Below are positions 20,700 through 31,664 of a stretch of DNA of 37,899 nt, piece by piece (positions within the stretch are counted from its first letter, which is position 1; each line of letters starts with the position of its first letter). The position numbers were made by a program, and so were the translations under genes. Source of the stretch: Nemertoderma westbladi (taxonomy: Eukaryota; Animalia; Xenacoelomorpha); the NCBI GenBank assembly GCA_032718475.1, contig JAUCBJ010000560.1, positions 1 through 37,899 of the forward strand, read 5' to 3'. The notes beneath the pieces are model-generated. The model did no database searches. It saw only the letters and a list, made by a program, of their open reading frames with translations, and was not told the DNA's origin.

Positions 20700-21772
20700 C
20701 CACAGACCAAATAATTACAATAGAGAGACTCCCTACTATAGTAGATGAGCCTGAAATAATTAGGCCTGTTCCCGAAGCCACCCTTTCGGTCGTAGAGACA
20801 CCTGTACTCCCTGAACCTACTTCTCAATTCCCTTTGCACAGCACTAAGCTACCTGTGCCCAGCAGAACAGTCCGTGAGACAGTTCATACCCTGGACTCCG
20901 AGCGAAATATTCATGATTTGTCGCCCGTTGTCCCTCGTCCGCCCGCTACAACGTTGGCGAATCCCGCTTCGGCGGTCGAATGGGTGGATGAGAGACGACG
21001 GGGGATGGATCTCCTGCTCGGACAGATGCAGGAGACTGTTCAACAATTCAAAGGCACAGTAAGGGAAAGTAGGCTAGAGTTGCAAGAAGTGCAGCAAAGT
21101 ATCGCGCTAGAACGCGATAAATTAGTAAATACACAAAGGGGTATACCACCACCCCCTGTAACCATGTGTCAACCTGTTAGGTCTGAAGTATCTCATGCGC
21201 AAGGTGTGGAGCCTACACGCATCTATACTGCTAGCGAAGTAGAAACTCCTATAGTGAACCCTATTAAGGGTAATTATAGACCTGTTGATAATGATATTCC
21301 CTATAGACCGGATCATAATCCGAGAAATTTATATACCGATAACTCGATATTAAATAACACGATGGCCCAAGAAAGTTTTACGCGTCAAATGGCTAGAACC
21401 GAAGCCCTGCAAGCAGTAAAGGTGGGAGAGATCGTCAAGTTCAATGGAGATGAGATGAAATGGTTACCTTTTAATGAATATTACAAAGATAACATACAGA
21501 ACTCTGTGCTATCTAATGGAGAGAAACTTAGATTCCTCATCGAGTGCTTGGAAGGATCTCCCAAGTTAATGGTGTTAAAGTTTATTGGACATCCAGACGG
21601 ATTAAGACAAGTTTGGGATACACTAAACATCAGGTATGGTAATAGGAATAACATAGCTGGGTATTTGTATGCAAAGTTGGTAGCGCCCCGAAAGTTTATT
21701 AGTAGCGGAATTATAGAGTTTTCCGATGAGATTCAGGAGATCTGTAGACAATTAGATTGGCTAGTCTCATGA
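20700..21772 (+). CDS. BEL gag, continuation (DUF1759-like capsid region)
   Basis: KFNGDEMKWLPF...LSNGEKLRFLIECLEG...WDTLNIRYG. Stops at TGA 21770, where the frame shifts +1. Confidence 0.85.
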
Positions 21773-21785
21773 GTATCAGAATGCT

Positions 21786-24700
21786 ATGGTTATTAGAGCA
21801 GTGGCTTCTACTTTACCGAAGGGTGGAGTAGGTACACGCTGGGATAAGAAAGTGTTATATATGATGGAACAACAACGACGAGACCCTACCATGGCTGATC
21901 TCATGTCATTCCTAGATGGAGAAGTGAAATTACAGCTCCTGAAACTGTCCAGAGAGAAGACACCGGAAAACAAGGTAAGTGAAAAACCCGTCTCTAGGAG
22001 AAAGGTAACACCAGTGTGTTATACAGATGATGGCGAAAGCCAGACTTCTCAAGGAGAAGATAGCGGGAAAGACACTGACCGCGCTTATTACGTAAATAAA
22101 ATGCCAAAAGATCAGGTAAGTAAATTCAAGTCTCGAACAAATGACAGGAGAGAACAGGTAAGAAAAACTCCTCCCACGTCTCCCAAGAGAATTCAGGTGA
22201 GAAAGCCAGAAGAAAAAGCAAGTGTACACAATGTGACTCAGAGTAAGGTGAGTAACATCAAACCGAAATGTGCGCTATGTGACGGGACCCATCGCTTAAA
22301 TATGTGTGATGAATTTCTAAAGAAATCATTAACTGAGAGACGTGAAGTCATGTGGGACAAGCGGTTGTGCTATAATTGCCTCAGACAAGGACACCAACGG
22401 CGAACCTGTTACTCTGACACAAGATGTGCCAAGTGCGGTGCGAAACATCATATCTTGTTGCACACTGAATTCGAGCGAAATAGTCCGAGTCAGGTAAGTG
22501 ATTCCGAATTACATGTCCAATTCAGTGATGTGAACGACACTGATCAATCTGAGATGGAAGGATTCTATACGGACGAGTTCTCCGACGAAAACGAATCCTG
22601 TTACATGATAAATACCACAGTGTATCGAGCACTCATTTATGAAAAGGATACATCAGACATTGACCTTGCTTTAACTACTTCTGATCGACAACCATCTTGG
22701 AAAGCGCCAACTTCCAATGTAGGGATTAGAGAATTTCCTGTGGTACAGGTAAGGGTCCACGGACCAAACAGGAGTTATGTAGTGAACGCCCTCCTTGACT
22801 CCGGTAGTACAGGAACATTCATCGACAAAGAGCTAGCCGAAGACATATTCGCTGGACAACCCAAGTTCCGAACTAAGCTAAACATGTCAGGAATTATGCA
22901 AGTTTGGAAATCCACAGTAACCGCGGATTATTATGTAGGTGCGTTGTCCACCCCCCAGGACGAACTAGGAGAACATAGCATAAGGTCAGTGAAAATGGTG
23001 GCTATAAAGAACTTCGCTACTACTCAAGCAGACCTTTATAATTGGGACGAGGATGAGAGCATCCAACATCTTAAGATACCTCGATTCCAGACAGATTATC
23101 CTGGAGTGCAAATACTCATCGGTCAAAATGCGCATGAAGCGCTCGAGACATTAGAGAAACGACCTGCTCAACCGCAACCTCTACAAGTTTATGCGGGAAG
23201 AACTAGAGTAGGTTGGTACTTTACTGGCCCTTCCCGTAGAACTCTAATGGAAAGATTACCGAAAGACCAAGTATATCAAGCACGAGAATGGGAAGTTGAG
23301 AACAGTGAGTTCGACGATCCAACTGAGGGAACTCCATACTCCTCAGACAACGACGATATACATCAACTTTTTGATGAGGAGAATGCCATCGATCTCCTTA
23401 AGGAAAGCGAGACTTGGCAAAATCAAGTGAACTTATGTCAACTCCTTCACCCATCTGAGCGAGACGACTATAACGACGAGCTTAATGACGTCATTGAACG
23501 TTATAATGCCAAGACTCGGGATGAACATGCCGTGAGATTCTTTACTCAAGAGGTCGTAGAGCCCAACTCCTACGATAAGGCCCTATCGGTGGAGGAAGAA
23601 AGAGCCAAGCAGATCCAAGCGACAACTACTCGTTTTCTTAAAGATCAAGGAAGGTATGAGATCGGACTTCCTTTCCGAAAGCGAGAACCAAAGTTTATTA
23701 ACAACAGACCTTTGGCGGAGAAAAGAATTGCTCAACTACATCGACGCCTTACGGCAAATTCTTCAGCTAAAGAAATGTATAAAACACAGTTGAAGAAGTT
23801 TATTAGCAAAGGATATGCGGAGCTAGTACCGGAAGAAACACCCATAACTGAGAGAACGTATTATTTAACTCACCATTACGTTCCCAAACCCGGTAAACCC
23901 CATGAAGTACGAGTGGTGTTTGATGGTTCCGCCCTTTATATGGGCCAATCTCTTAATTCTGAATTGTTACCCGGACCCAACTTACTCCAATCCTTGTTGG
24001 GAATACTACTGCGATTAAGACAATACTCCATTGCTTTCGCCTCAGATATAGAAGGCATGTTCTTACAAGTCAAAGCGCTGGATAGGGATCGAGATAGCCT
24101 ACGATTTTTGTGGTGGCCTGAAGGAGACCTCAACCAGAAACCGGTGGAATACTGGATGACCATCCAGGCTTTTGGGATAATCTCGAGCCCTTCAAACGCC
24201 TGTTCCGTGGTGCGCACTACTGCGGATGACAACCGAGACGCCTTCTCTAAAGAAGTGATCGACAATATCAAACGAGACATCTACATGGATGATAATCTGA
24301 AGTCCCTTCCATCAGTCGAAGAAGCCATTGATGTCGCTAAAGGAACGGTAGAGTGCTTAAGAAGAGGTGGATTTCGATTAACTAAATTCACCAGCAACTC
24401 CCGTGAGTTTCTGGAGTCGATCCCGGTAGAAGATCGAGGAACAAAAGACCTAGATCTTATAAAGGATGATCTCCCAGAAACTAAGACCCTTGGTTTGAAA
24501 TGGGACACAGAAAGAGATGTCCTGTTTTTCCAACTAAAACAGCGAGATAATCCAGTTCGGACTAAACGGATATGTTTAAGTATCCTGAGTACTTATTTCT
24601 ATCCATTGGGATTTATTAGCCCAGTTATATTGATTGCTCGGAGTTTAGTACAACAAATGTGGCTTGAAAACCACTCATGGGACGATCCACTTAAGGGAGA

Positions 24701-27167
24701 ATTATTGAAGAAGTGGATGAAATGGGAAGATTCTCTACCAGCCATCGAAAACTTCATAATTTCCCGTTCATATTTTGGTCATGTTCTCCCTACGTATTCA
24801 TATCAACTCCATGTGTTTGGAGACGCCAGCGATATGGGAATTGGTATAGTAGCCTACCTAAGGGTGGAAACTCCGGACGGAATCAAAGTCGCCTTGGTTA
24901 CCTCTAAGGCATTAATAAACAACAAGTTGAAAGTTCCTCGAGCGGAGTTAAAAGCGGCTCTATACGCTACAGCCATCGGCCGGAATGTAACAGAACAGAT
25001 CGACTATCCTCTGGAAAAAACTGTCTATTGGACCGACGCTTTACTCGTGTTGGAGTACATAACCAATGAAGTCTGTCAGTTCAGCGTCTTCGTTACCAAC
25101 AGAGTAGCTATTATACTCAGTCGCACGACGATGGATCAATGGAGACATTGCCCCGGAACGATTAATCCAGCGGACATCGCTTCCCGGGGAGCAACCCCAC
25201 AAGAACTGGTAGATACTCCAGACTGGTTAGGTGGACCCGACTTCCTCTACAAAGAAGAAGAAGAATGGCCTCCTCATCTTACTACAGCAGAAATTCGACA
25301 GGCCAAGGGAGCGGAGAAAGTCAAACCTAAAACTCAGGCGAGTAAATCGAAGTTATTCAAACCCACAGTAGATCTGTCTGTACTACATACTTCCGGAGAC
25401 GAAGCTTTGGATCAGAAACCCACAGCCACAAATAAACTCGTTGTAGAAATCCGTGATAAGGATTGGAAATCTGGTATACCTGACATCTCGCAAGGACTCT
25501 CACCTCTTCTGCAGAGAGCGATACATCACTACAGTTCTTGGAATCGGCTTTGTAAGGCCATTACATATTTAAAGAGATGTTTTCACCATCACTACTCTCG
25601 GATGAAAACAAAGGGTGATACCGCTCCAATCACCTCAGTGCAGGTCCATGTTATTAAAGACCTCCCGAAATATAAGGTACCCGACAAGTTTCTGAAGGAG
25701 AAGATCAGTTATCAGGAGCATGAAGAAACCAACAAACAGATGCTGAGACTCTTACAATGCTATGAAGATTCCGATAAGTATTTCCTGTTGTTGAGAAATC
25801 CACAGATGCGCTTAAGGGATCGTTTCTCTAGCACAATGATAGATGGGTTGATACGTGTTGGAGGAAGGTTAACGAATGCACCATTATCCTTTGATACTAA
25901 GTTCCGCATACTCATTAGAAATCTTGAAATACAAGTCAAGATGATTGTAGATGTTCACAGCAAACTTTATCATGCTGGTAGAGAACGAGTTCTTAGCGAA
26001 ATTCGAACTCGCTATTATTTTTATAAACCCCGTAGAGCTCTGAACCAAGTTCTTAGGAACTGTATACCCTGTAGGAAAGCATTCAGTAGGCCTTTAACAC
26101 AGAGAGAGGCAGAATTACCTAGGGAACGAGTAAGCTTTTATGAACCACCCTTTACTAATACCGGTGTGGATTTATTTGGCCCTATTGAAGTATATCGTGC
26201 TAGGACTATAGTCAAGAGATGGTGTGTAATCTTTGTTTGTATGACTTGTAGAGCCATCCATCTCGATATGGTGAACGATTTATCTACCAACAGCTTTCTA
26301 TTAAGCTTACGACGACAGATCGCTCGCTTTGGCACTAGTAACACGATGAGATCTGATAAGGGAACAAACTTCATTGGTGCCAATAATGAAATCAAAGCTT
26401 ACGTCAAAGATTGGAACCAAAGACAGGTAGACGACCAACTACGAGTAACAGCTTCTAGTTGGACCTTTAACGCCGCCGACGCCCCTTGGTGGGGAGGAAG
26501 TTGGGAGAGATTAATAAGAAGCGTGAAGACAGCATTTCATTTTATAGTGCCTTGCCGCGCTTATCTCACCGACGAACTTTTGCGGACGTTAATGGAAGAA
26601 ATCGCCGCCTATCTCAACGAGAGACCGCTTATGCCAGTCTCATCGAGTCCCGATTCCCTGGAAGCGCTAACACCCGCGCACTTCCTACTGAAGAAACCTG
26701 TAGCGATGCTCCCACAATCGGAAATAACAGACGGAGACGAATACTGCCGACAAACTTGGCAACTCATGCAGTTGTTATCCCGTCGCTTCACTGACCATTT
26801 CGAAAAACATTATCTGCCCACGCTACAACTTCGAACTAAGTGGTTTGCGCAGCAAGAAAACGTCAGCGCTGGAGACATGGTGCTTATTGTGGATGTGGAT
26901 CTTCCACGTAAGCGGTGGCAGACAGGTCGTATCATCGAGACACACCTCTCGGATGACGGTTTGGTGCGATCGGTAGAACTCGTCGTCATGCGACGTAACT
27001 TCAAGAAACTGGGAATTGTCTTCGAGACGCAGCAGCTCAATCGCCCGGTGGGACGTTTATGTTTACTGGAAAGAGACAGAGAACTCTCCGGAAACTATGG
27101 GAGACAAGATACTCTTCCCACGACCACCTCCCTAATCCAACAAACATCTAGGGACTCCACAACTTAA
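21786..27167 (+). CDS. BEL/Pao gag C-terminus + pol (protease, RT, RNase H, integrase)
   Basis: Zn knuckles CALCDGTHRLNMC, CYNCLRQGHQRRTC, CAKCGAKHHILLH. PR ALLDSGS. RT RVVFDGS, DIEGMFLQV, YMDD. RH FGDAS, PRAEL, WTD, NPAD. IN H..H..C..C, GVDLFGP, SDKGTNF, WERL. Confidence 0.96.
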   Translation: MVIRAVASTLPKGGVGTRWDKKVLYMMEQQRRDPTMADLMSFLDGEVKLQLLKLSREKTPENKVSEKPVSRRKVTPVCYTDDGESQTSQGEDSGKDTDRAYYVNKMPKDQVSKFKSRTNDRREQVRKTPPTSPKRIQVRKPEEKASVHNVTQSKVSNIKPKCALCDGTHRLNMCDEFLKKSLTERREVMWDKRLCYNCLRQGHQRRTCYSDTRCAKCGAKHHILLHTEFERNSPSQVSDSELHVQFSDVNDTDQSEMEGFYTDEFSDENESCYMINTTVYRALIYEKDTSDIDLALTTSDRQPSWKAPTSNVGIREFPVVQVRVHGPNRSYVVNALLDSGSTGTFIDKELAEDIFAGQPKFRTKLNMSGIMQVWKSTVTADYYVGALSTPQDELGEHSIRSVKMVAIKNFATTQADLYNWDEDESIQHLKIPRFQTDYPGVQILIGQNAHEALETLEKRPAQPQPLQVYAGRTRVGWYFTGPSRRTLMERLPKDQVYQAREWEVENSEFDDPTEGTPYSSDNDDIHQLFDEENAIDLLKESETWQNQVNLCQLLHPSERDDYNDELNDVIERYNAKTRDEHAVRFFTQEVVEPNSYDKALSVEEERAKQIQATTTRFLKDQGRYEIGLPFRKREPKFINNRPLAEKRIAQLHRRLTANSSAKEMYKTQLKKFISKGYAELVPEETPITERTYYLTHHYVPKPGKPHEVRVVFDGSALYMGQSLNSELLPGPNLLQSLLGILLRLRQYSIAFASDIEGMFLQVKALDRDRDSLRFLWWPEGDLNQKPVEYWMTIQAFGIISSPSNACSVVRTTADDNRDAFSKEVIDNIKRDIYMDDNLKSLPSVEEAIDVAKGTVECLRRGGFRLTKFTSNSREFLESIPVEDRGTKDLDLIKDDLPETKTLGLKWDTERDVLFFQLKQRDNPVRTKRICLSILSTYFYPLGFISPVILIARSLVQQMWLENHSWDDPLKGELLKKWMKWEDSLPAIENFIISRSYFGHVLPTYSYQLHVFGDASDMGIGIVAYLRVETPDGIKVALVTSKALINNKLKVPRAELKAALYATAIGRNVTEQIDYPLEKTVYWTDALLVLEYITNEVCQFSVFVTNRVAIILSRTTMDQWRHCPGTINPADIASRGATPQELVDTPDWLGGPDFLYKEEEEWPPHLTTAEIRQAKGAEKVKPKTQASKSKLFKPTVDLSVLHTSGDEALDQKPTATNKLVVEIRDKDWKSGIPDISQGLSPLLQRAIHHYSSWNRLCKAITYLKRCFHHHYSRMKTKGDTAPITSVQVHVIKDLPKYKVPDKFLKEKISYQEHEETNKQMLRLLQCYEDSDKYFLLLRNPQMRLRDRFSSTMIDGLIRVGGRLTNAPLSFDTKFRILIRNLEIQVKMIVDVHSKLYHAGRERVLSEIRTRYYFYKPRRALNQVLRNCIPCRKAFSRPLTQREAELPRERVSFYEPPFTNTGVDLFGPIEVYRARTIVKRWCVIFVCMTCRAIHLDMVNDLSTNSFLLSLRRQIARFGTSNTMRSDKGTNFIGANNEIKAYVKDWNQRQVDDQLRVTASSWTFNAADAPWWGGSWERLIRSVKTAFHFIVPCRAYLTDELLRTLMEEIAAYLNERPLMPVSSSPDSLEALTPAHFLLKKPVAMLPQSEITDGDEYCRQTWQLMQLLSRRFTDHFEKHYLPTLQLRTKWFAQQENVSAGDMVLIVDVDLPRKRWQTGRIIETHLSDDGLVRSVELVVMRRNFKKLGIVFETQQLNRPVGRLCLLERDRELSGNYGRQDTLPTTTSLIQQTSRDSTT

Positions 27168-27690
27168 CAACGGCTGGAGTGGGTGTGTGACCATATCACT
27201 TTATATTTGTATTTGTTTTATTTTATATTTATGTATATATTATTATGTAATTTTATTTTAATCGTTTTATTTAATTTTATTTAGTAGTATGGTATTTTAG
27301 AGATTATTTAGTAGATTAGTGCAATATATATTCGCGTTTATTATTTAATTACGTATATTATATATTTAGTGCGACGGCGAGAAATAATTATTTTTCTCTT
27401 TCCTTACTGTCCGTATTATATTATAAATACGTGACTACAGTAAGATGAAATATCCGTACTTTAAAGTACAATAAAGCCACTACTATATTTAAGTATTATT
27501 GGTAGGCAGAGTATTAGGAATGCAAAGTTCAGATCCTCGTGTCTCGGCTAAACCAAGCTCTGGGTAGACCTTGGAAACGACTTGCCTCTTCACACTGACA
27601 TTGCTTCGTGCGATATTGCTCTCATACCGTATATTAAATAATACATATAGTAGCGTGATGTCCCTTTAACAGTAGCGTATAACGCAAAAT

Positions 27691-28020
27691 AAATCTGTTA
27701 AACCCTTTGACCATCTGTAATTCTAGTCGATTAAGATATCGCGGCACCCACCGATATACTTGAAAGACAAATTTCTAGAATCAATGGTTAACGTCCCCAG
27801 ACAAGTTCTGGAATAAACTGGTGCCCATCCTAAATATTAATTATTAATATTTACAAAAATCTGTCAAATATCAGATCCTTTAAAATTCTAGTCGATTAAG
27901 ATATCGTAGCACTTACCGATACTCTTAAAAGGACAAAATTCCTAGAATCAAGGATCCCAGTCCCCAGACACGTTCTGGAATAAAATTGTGTCTATTTAAC
28001 ATTAAATAATAAAATTTACG
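27691..28020 (+). repeat. ~166-bp diverged tandem duplication with a conserved fold, 3' of pol
   Basis: AAATCTGT at 27691 and 27857; shared ATTCTAGTCGATTAAGATATCG and GTCCCCAGACA.GTTCTGGAATAAA. Confidence 0.85.
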
Positions 28021-28816
28021 GGAATAAATTTAAATTCAGATATTTCAATGAATTTAATAAATTGTCATTTTGTACAATTTATAACATTCCCCAAATTCCA
28101 TTAATTAATAGATCATGGGAGCGGAGATTCATTCTATTAAGTGTATTTGTGTGCGAGAATCTCCAATGCATAGTCAATAGCCGATAAAATTCATAGAATC
28201 ATGTATAAAGGGGATATTGACCATTAAAGAATTACTATTAAATAGCATCCCAGATCTGTATGCATGAGAATTACCCTAATTCTACCGCTAGCTTTCCATA
28301 ATGTCACCATGGCAACAACCACGCTAGAATTAGAAGTGAGTTAAAAGAACAATAGAAAGCATGCGTATTGAATAGCATACGGAATAAATAGCACACCGCT
28401 AGTATCCAAGAATACATAATAACAACGTGACATTCTGGAAGGCACTTGACTAACGGACAAATGACCCGAATGTGTGATAGAATGTGTACCATTTGTGACT
28501 GTTACGTGGAATTTGTGCGTTTGTAGGTGAATGTTACTACTAAGGTGTGTTTACAGTAGCGAGTCGCAATTGTGAAAGTAACCCTAACTCTCCAGTAAGA
28601 ACCTGAAGTATATCTAAGCCTTTGGGACGGACGGTGGAGTGGCTCGTGCTGGTTGTTGTAGTCGTTGTGCAGCTACGACGTTGGCGATAGGCACATCGGC
28701 GAAAGTACACCAGCGCTGAGGATCTCGCACTGTCCGGGGGCAGAGAGGGGTAGGCAGCGACGCCCGCTCGCCTAAATATAAACTCATTATAATATGGATA
28801 AACTTATATAGCAGAT

Positions 28817-30389
28817 ATGATTGAGTTGATAGAATATGATCTTGGTATCAGGGAGCGATATACTCTACCTTTACAAGCGTTTGTTGATAGCTTGATACGC
28901 GGCGACGCTGGTCCAACTACTACGGAGGACGATGGTCGTTATATCTAACCGCCAATGTCCCGGGAGCAACTTGCGCGTGGGTTGGACTGTAGAAAATTCA
29001 CCGCTCGCTATACGCATCGTAATGGTATGTATATGGACTTCTTAACTACTGGTCATCCTATCGACCTACACGATACGAACGATATAGACACCAAAGGGAA
29101 ATGGTTTATTTAAATATCATACCCAGCGGAAGCGGAACGATAAACTGAGACTCGAACACGAAAATTCTATTCGAAACCGACTCGAAAGTGCAGATGTCGA
29201 AGAGCCGGATAAACGCAGCGACTTCACCAAATACCTGGAATTCTTGAGAGAAACCTATCTCGATATTACCAGTCAACAGAATCTAGAAACTCGATATCCT
29301 CAAGGTATACATCATGACCGCATGGTAGAACTCAAACGGCTCTATTCCACTATGATGTATCTTACCGCCGATCGATCGCTACCTGTTGTACCGGATAGCT
29401 TCGAACGGATGGAGGAATATTGTAAGCTGGAGAAAGATCACTCGCATTTCCCCTACAAGACGTGCGTTTTTGGTATTATTGCGATGAATGCCCAAGACCC
29501 AACCAACAAACGGAAAGACATAAACATCCGCGGAGACGTTGCTTTAAACACGGTTTTACTCGCTATACTTACGGGAGTTTCGAGCGAAACTTGTTCAATG
29601 TATCACCTACGCTCGTTCGACTCAGACGATCCTTAAATAAACCAATGATCAGAGTTTCGGAATACTCGATCAGAGCTCCTCATTCCCTAGTGAGACATCA
29701 GACTCTTGATCCTATTAGTATGACGGATCCTCCCGAGCTGTACTCACTTCTCAAAGATCTAGTGTTACCTGAACAATTAGTCGGTGGCACCCCAGTTGTG
29801 GGCTTCCTAGATATTAGCCCATTCTACCTAGCCGGATTGGGACGCGGACATTTAATATCGCCGTTTAACCCTTACCATCGTCCCGGCTTAACACGATATA
29901 ACCTGTCAACAAAGTGGCGGAGAACGTTGTACCAAACGAGTAAAACGCTATTCTCCAAAGATCAGAAAGGAAACCTGCGTTTGTTCAGATAAACGTAAGT
30001 TGTAACAGCAAGTCCAAGCGATAAACGAATTGTCTTTATCTCAGTTCGATTGTGAAATCCAGAATCTCTAAGAAGATATCGAACTTAGACAACCCCATTC
30101 TCTGCGAGAGTTTTTGGATGAACGTATCCAGCTACGAGCGGAGGAAAATCAGCTCGAGGAGAAGCATATCGAAACGGCGGATACCCCGACCATAATCCTA
30201 CACCTTCTGATGCAATCATATTGCACCCTTCACCCAGGATTTATAGCCCTCCTAGTAAAGTGGCTCGCCCCAAAGAGAAAAGGACTCTTACTAGCCTCAA
30301 AAAACTGCGTAAACGCTGTCTGCGTAAGAAAGACTAACTGTTTAGAGTATCTTTATATTTTAGAAACTGTGATTTGTTATATTCTATAG
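28817..30389 (+). pseudogene. Decayed accessory ORF of unknown function between pol and the 3' LTR
   Basis: Successive protein-like sense frames (ATG 28817 MIELIEYDLG.., ~29115-29636, ~29630-29992, 30114-30389) separated by stops and frameshifts; TATAAA near 28776. Confidence 0.45.
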
Positions 30390-30406
30390 ACTTAAATCCC
30401 ATTTTC

Positions 30407-30415
30407 TGGGAGCGG
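30407..30415 (+). promoter_or_regulatory. Polypurine tract (short)
   Basis: TGGGAGCGG immediately before the LTR-start TGT. Confidence 0.65.
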
Positions 30416-31592
30416 TGTAAAAGCTTTTGCGTCATTAACCGGTTATTTTCCCTTAAAGTACTCTGTAGTTGGTTTGCCAGGCATAAAAAGGCCGTGTCCT
30501 TGCTGTACTGGTGTTTTAGAGGACATAAAAGTCATTTCTTCTGTATTTGTACTGTATTTGTACTTTAGAGGACATAATCCGCAATCTCGTGACGCGATAA
30601 GCTGGATACTCTTGAAAACAGTGTCGCTACCATGACGACGGCTAACAGCTGATATTGCCACGTCGACGTTTCTTTGTTTCTTTGTTCTCTCGTTGTTCGG
30701 TTGACCAATCAGAGCGTTTTTTGTCTCTGTGTTGGAGGTGTATACAGAACTCAGTAGTTCAGTGTTATGTTTTTGCCCAGAGCCTAAGAACATCGGCCTT
30801 TGGCACCTCCGTATATCAGCGTTCTTTAGCTTTACATTAGTAGGCTTAATTATAGAACGTATATCTGTTATCAACCTATTTACTCCATACAATCTAACCA
30901 AACTAATTATATGCAATTCATATCTTACATTACTGCTTTTGCTGTTGGTTATTCGTTATATTTGTTGATGAATTATTATATCGGAATACTGATCAATAGT
31001 CAGACACCCCACCTTCTTGATATACTAAAGGTTAGAGAGACCGGTTACAGATAAACGATTGCGACCTATGTTGAGTGGTTTGAAGTGAATCTAATGCTAT
31101 TTCATATGCCCAACATAAATTGTCTGTTGCTCTCTTTATACGTGACTAAATTTAGTGAAGGTCGGCAGATTAGTGTGCAGTATTGTGCAGCATTGTGTAT
31201 GATTGTAACTGATAACAAAGCATCTCCTAAAGAATGCGCCATATACGTTAATCTATAGCCTTTTCGTTGTGACTAGTTTAAGTCATAACTCTGTTTACAT
31301 ATTTAGAGCGCCACGTCCTAAAGGAACTGTTAATATTTCCCGAAAGTGAATAATATTTGTCAGAGATTATATATTACGATCAGTCGAATAATACAGTAGG
31401 CTTACACCATCAATCATTAAGCTCCGAACTCAGTCTCCCGGGTATATCCAACGGGTGAATGATTGCGCATAGACTGGCTTCGGCTAATGTAGTGTATCAA
31501 ATACTCGTCATAAAGCTAAAGAATATATATCATCTAAAAGACATTCTAATTTTGGCAGGTTAAACTGTCAAAGGTCTTCAAAAGCGCAAACA
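30416..31592 (+). repeat. 3' LTR, 1177 bp
   Basis: TGTAAAAGCTTTTG...CAAAAGCGCAAACA imperfect terminal inverted repeat; identity with the 5' LTR ends at 31592. Confidence 0.92.
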
Positions 31593-31630
31593 CCCGCAGA
31601 GAAAAGGCGAGAATTAGGTTGTCGGCCAAT

Positions 31631-31661
<31 letters not shown>
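31631..31661 (+). repeat. Poly-G tract (31 nt)
   Basis: Directly visible. Confidence 0.9.

Positions 31662-31664
<3 letters not shown>

Larger units (their letters stand above)
11227..31592 (+). mobile_element. BEL/Pao LTR retrotransposon (~15.9 kb once the P insertion is removed and the 5' LTR completed)
   Basis: Near-identical direct LTRs; gag with three Zn knuckles, then PR-RT-RH-IN with Pao-type motifs. Confidence 0.95.

Noticed and set aside
27525-27590. HDV-like ribozyme (AGA-TCCTCGTG-TCT resembles P3/L3)
   Set aside because: No convincing P1, P1.1 GG or P2 could be built around it.
28817-30389. env gene
   Set aside because: No signal peptide, furin site plus fusion peptide, or C-terminal transmembrane segment is evident.
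31631-31661. Functional G-quadruplex or Gly-rich ORF 31619-31813
   Set aside because: Simple homopolymer of unreliable length; the ORF has no other support.
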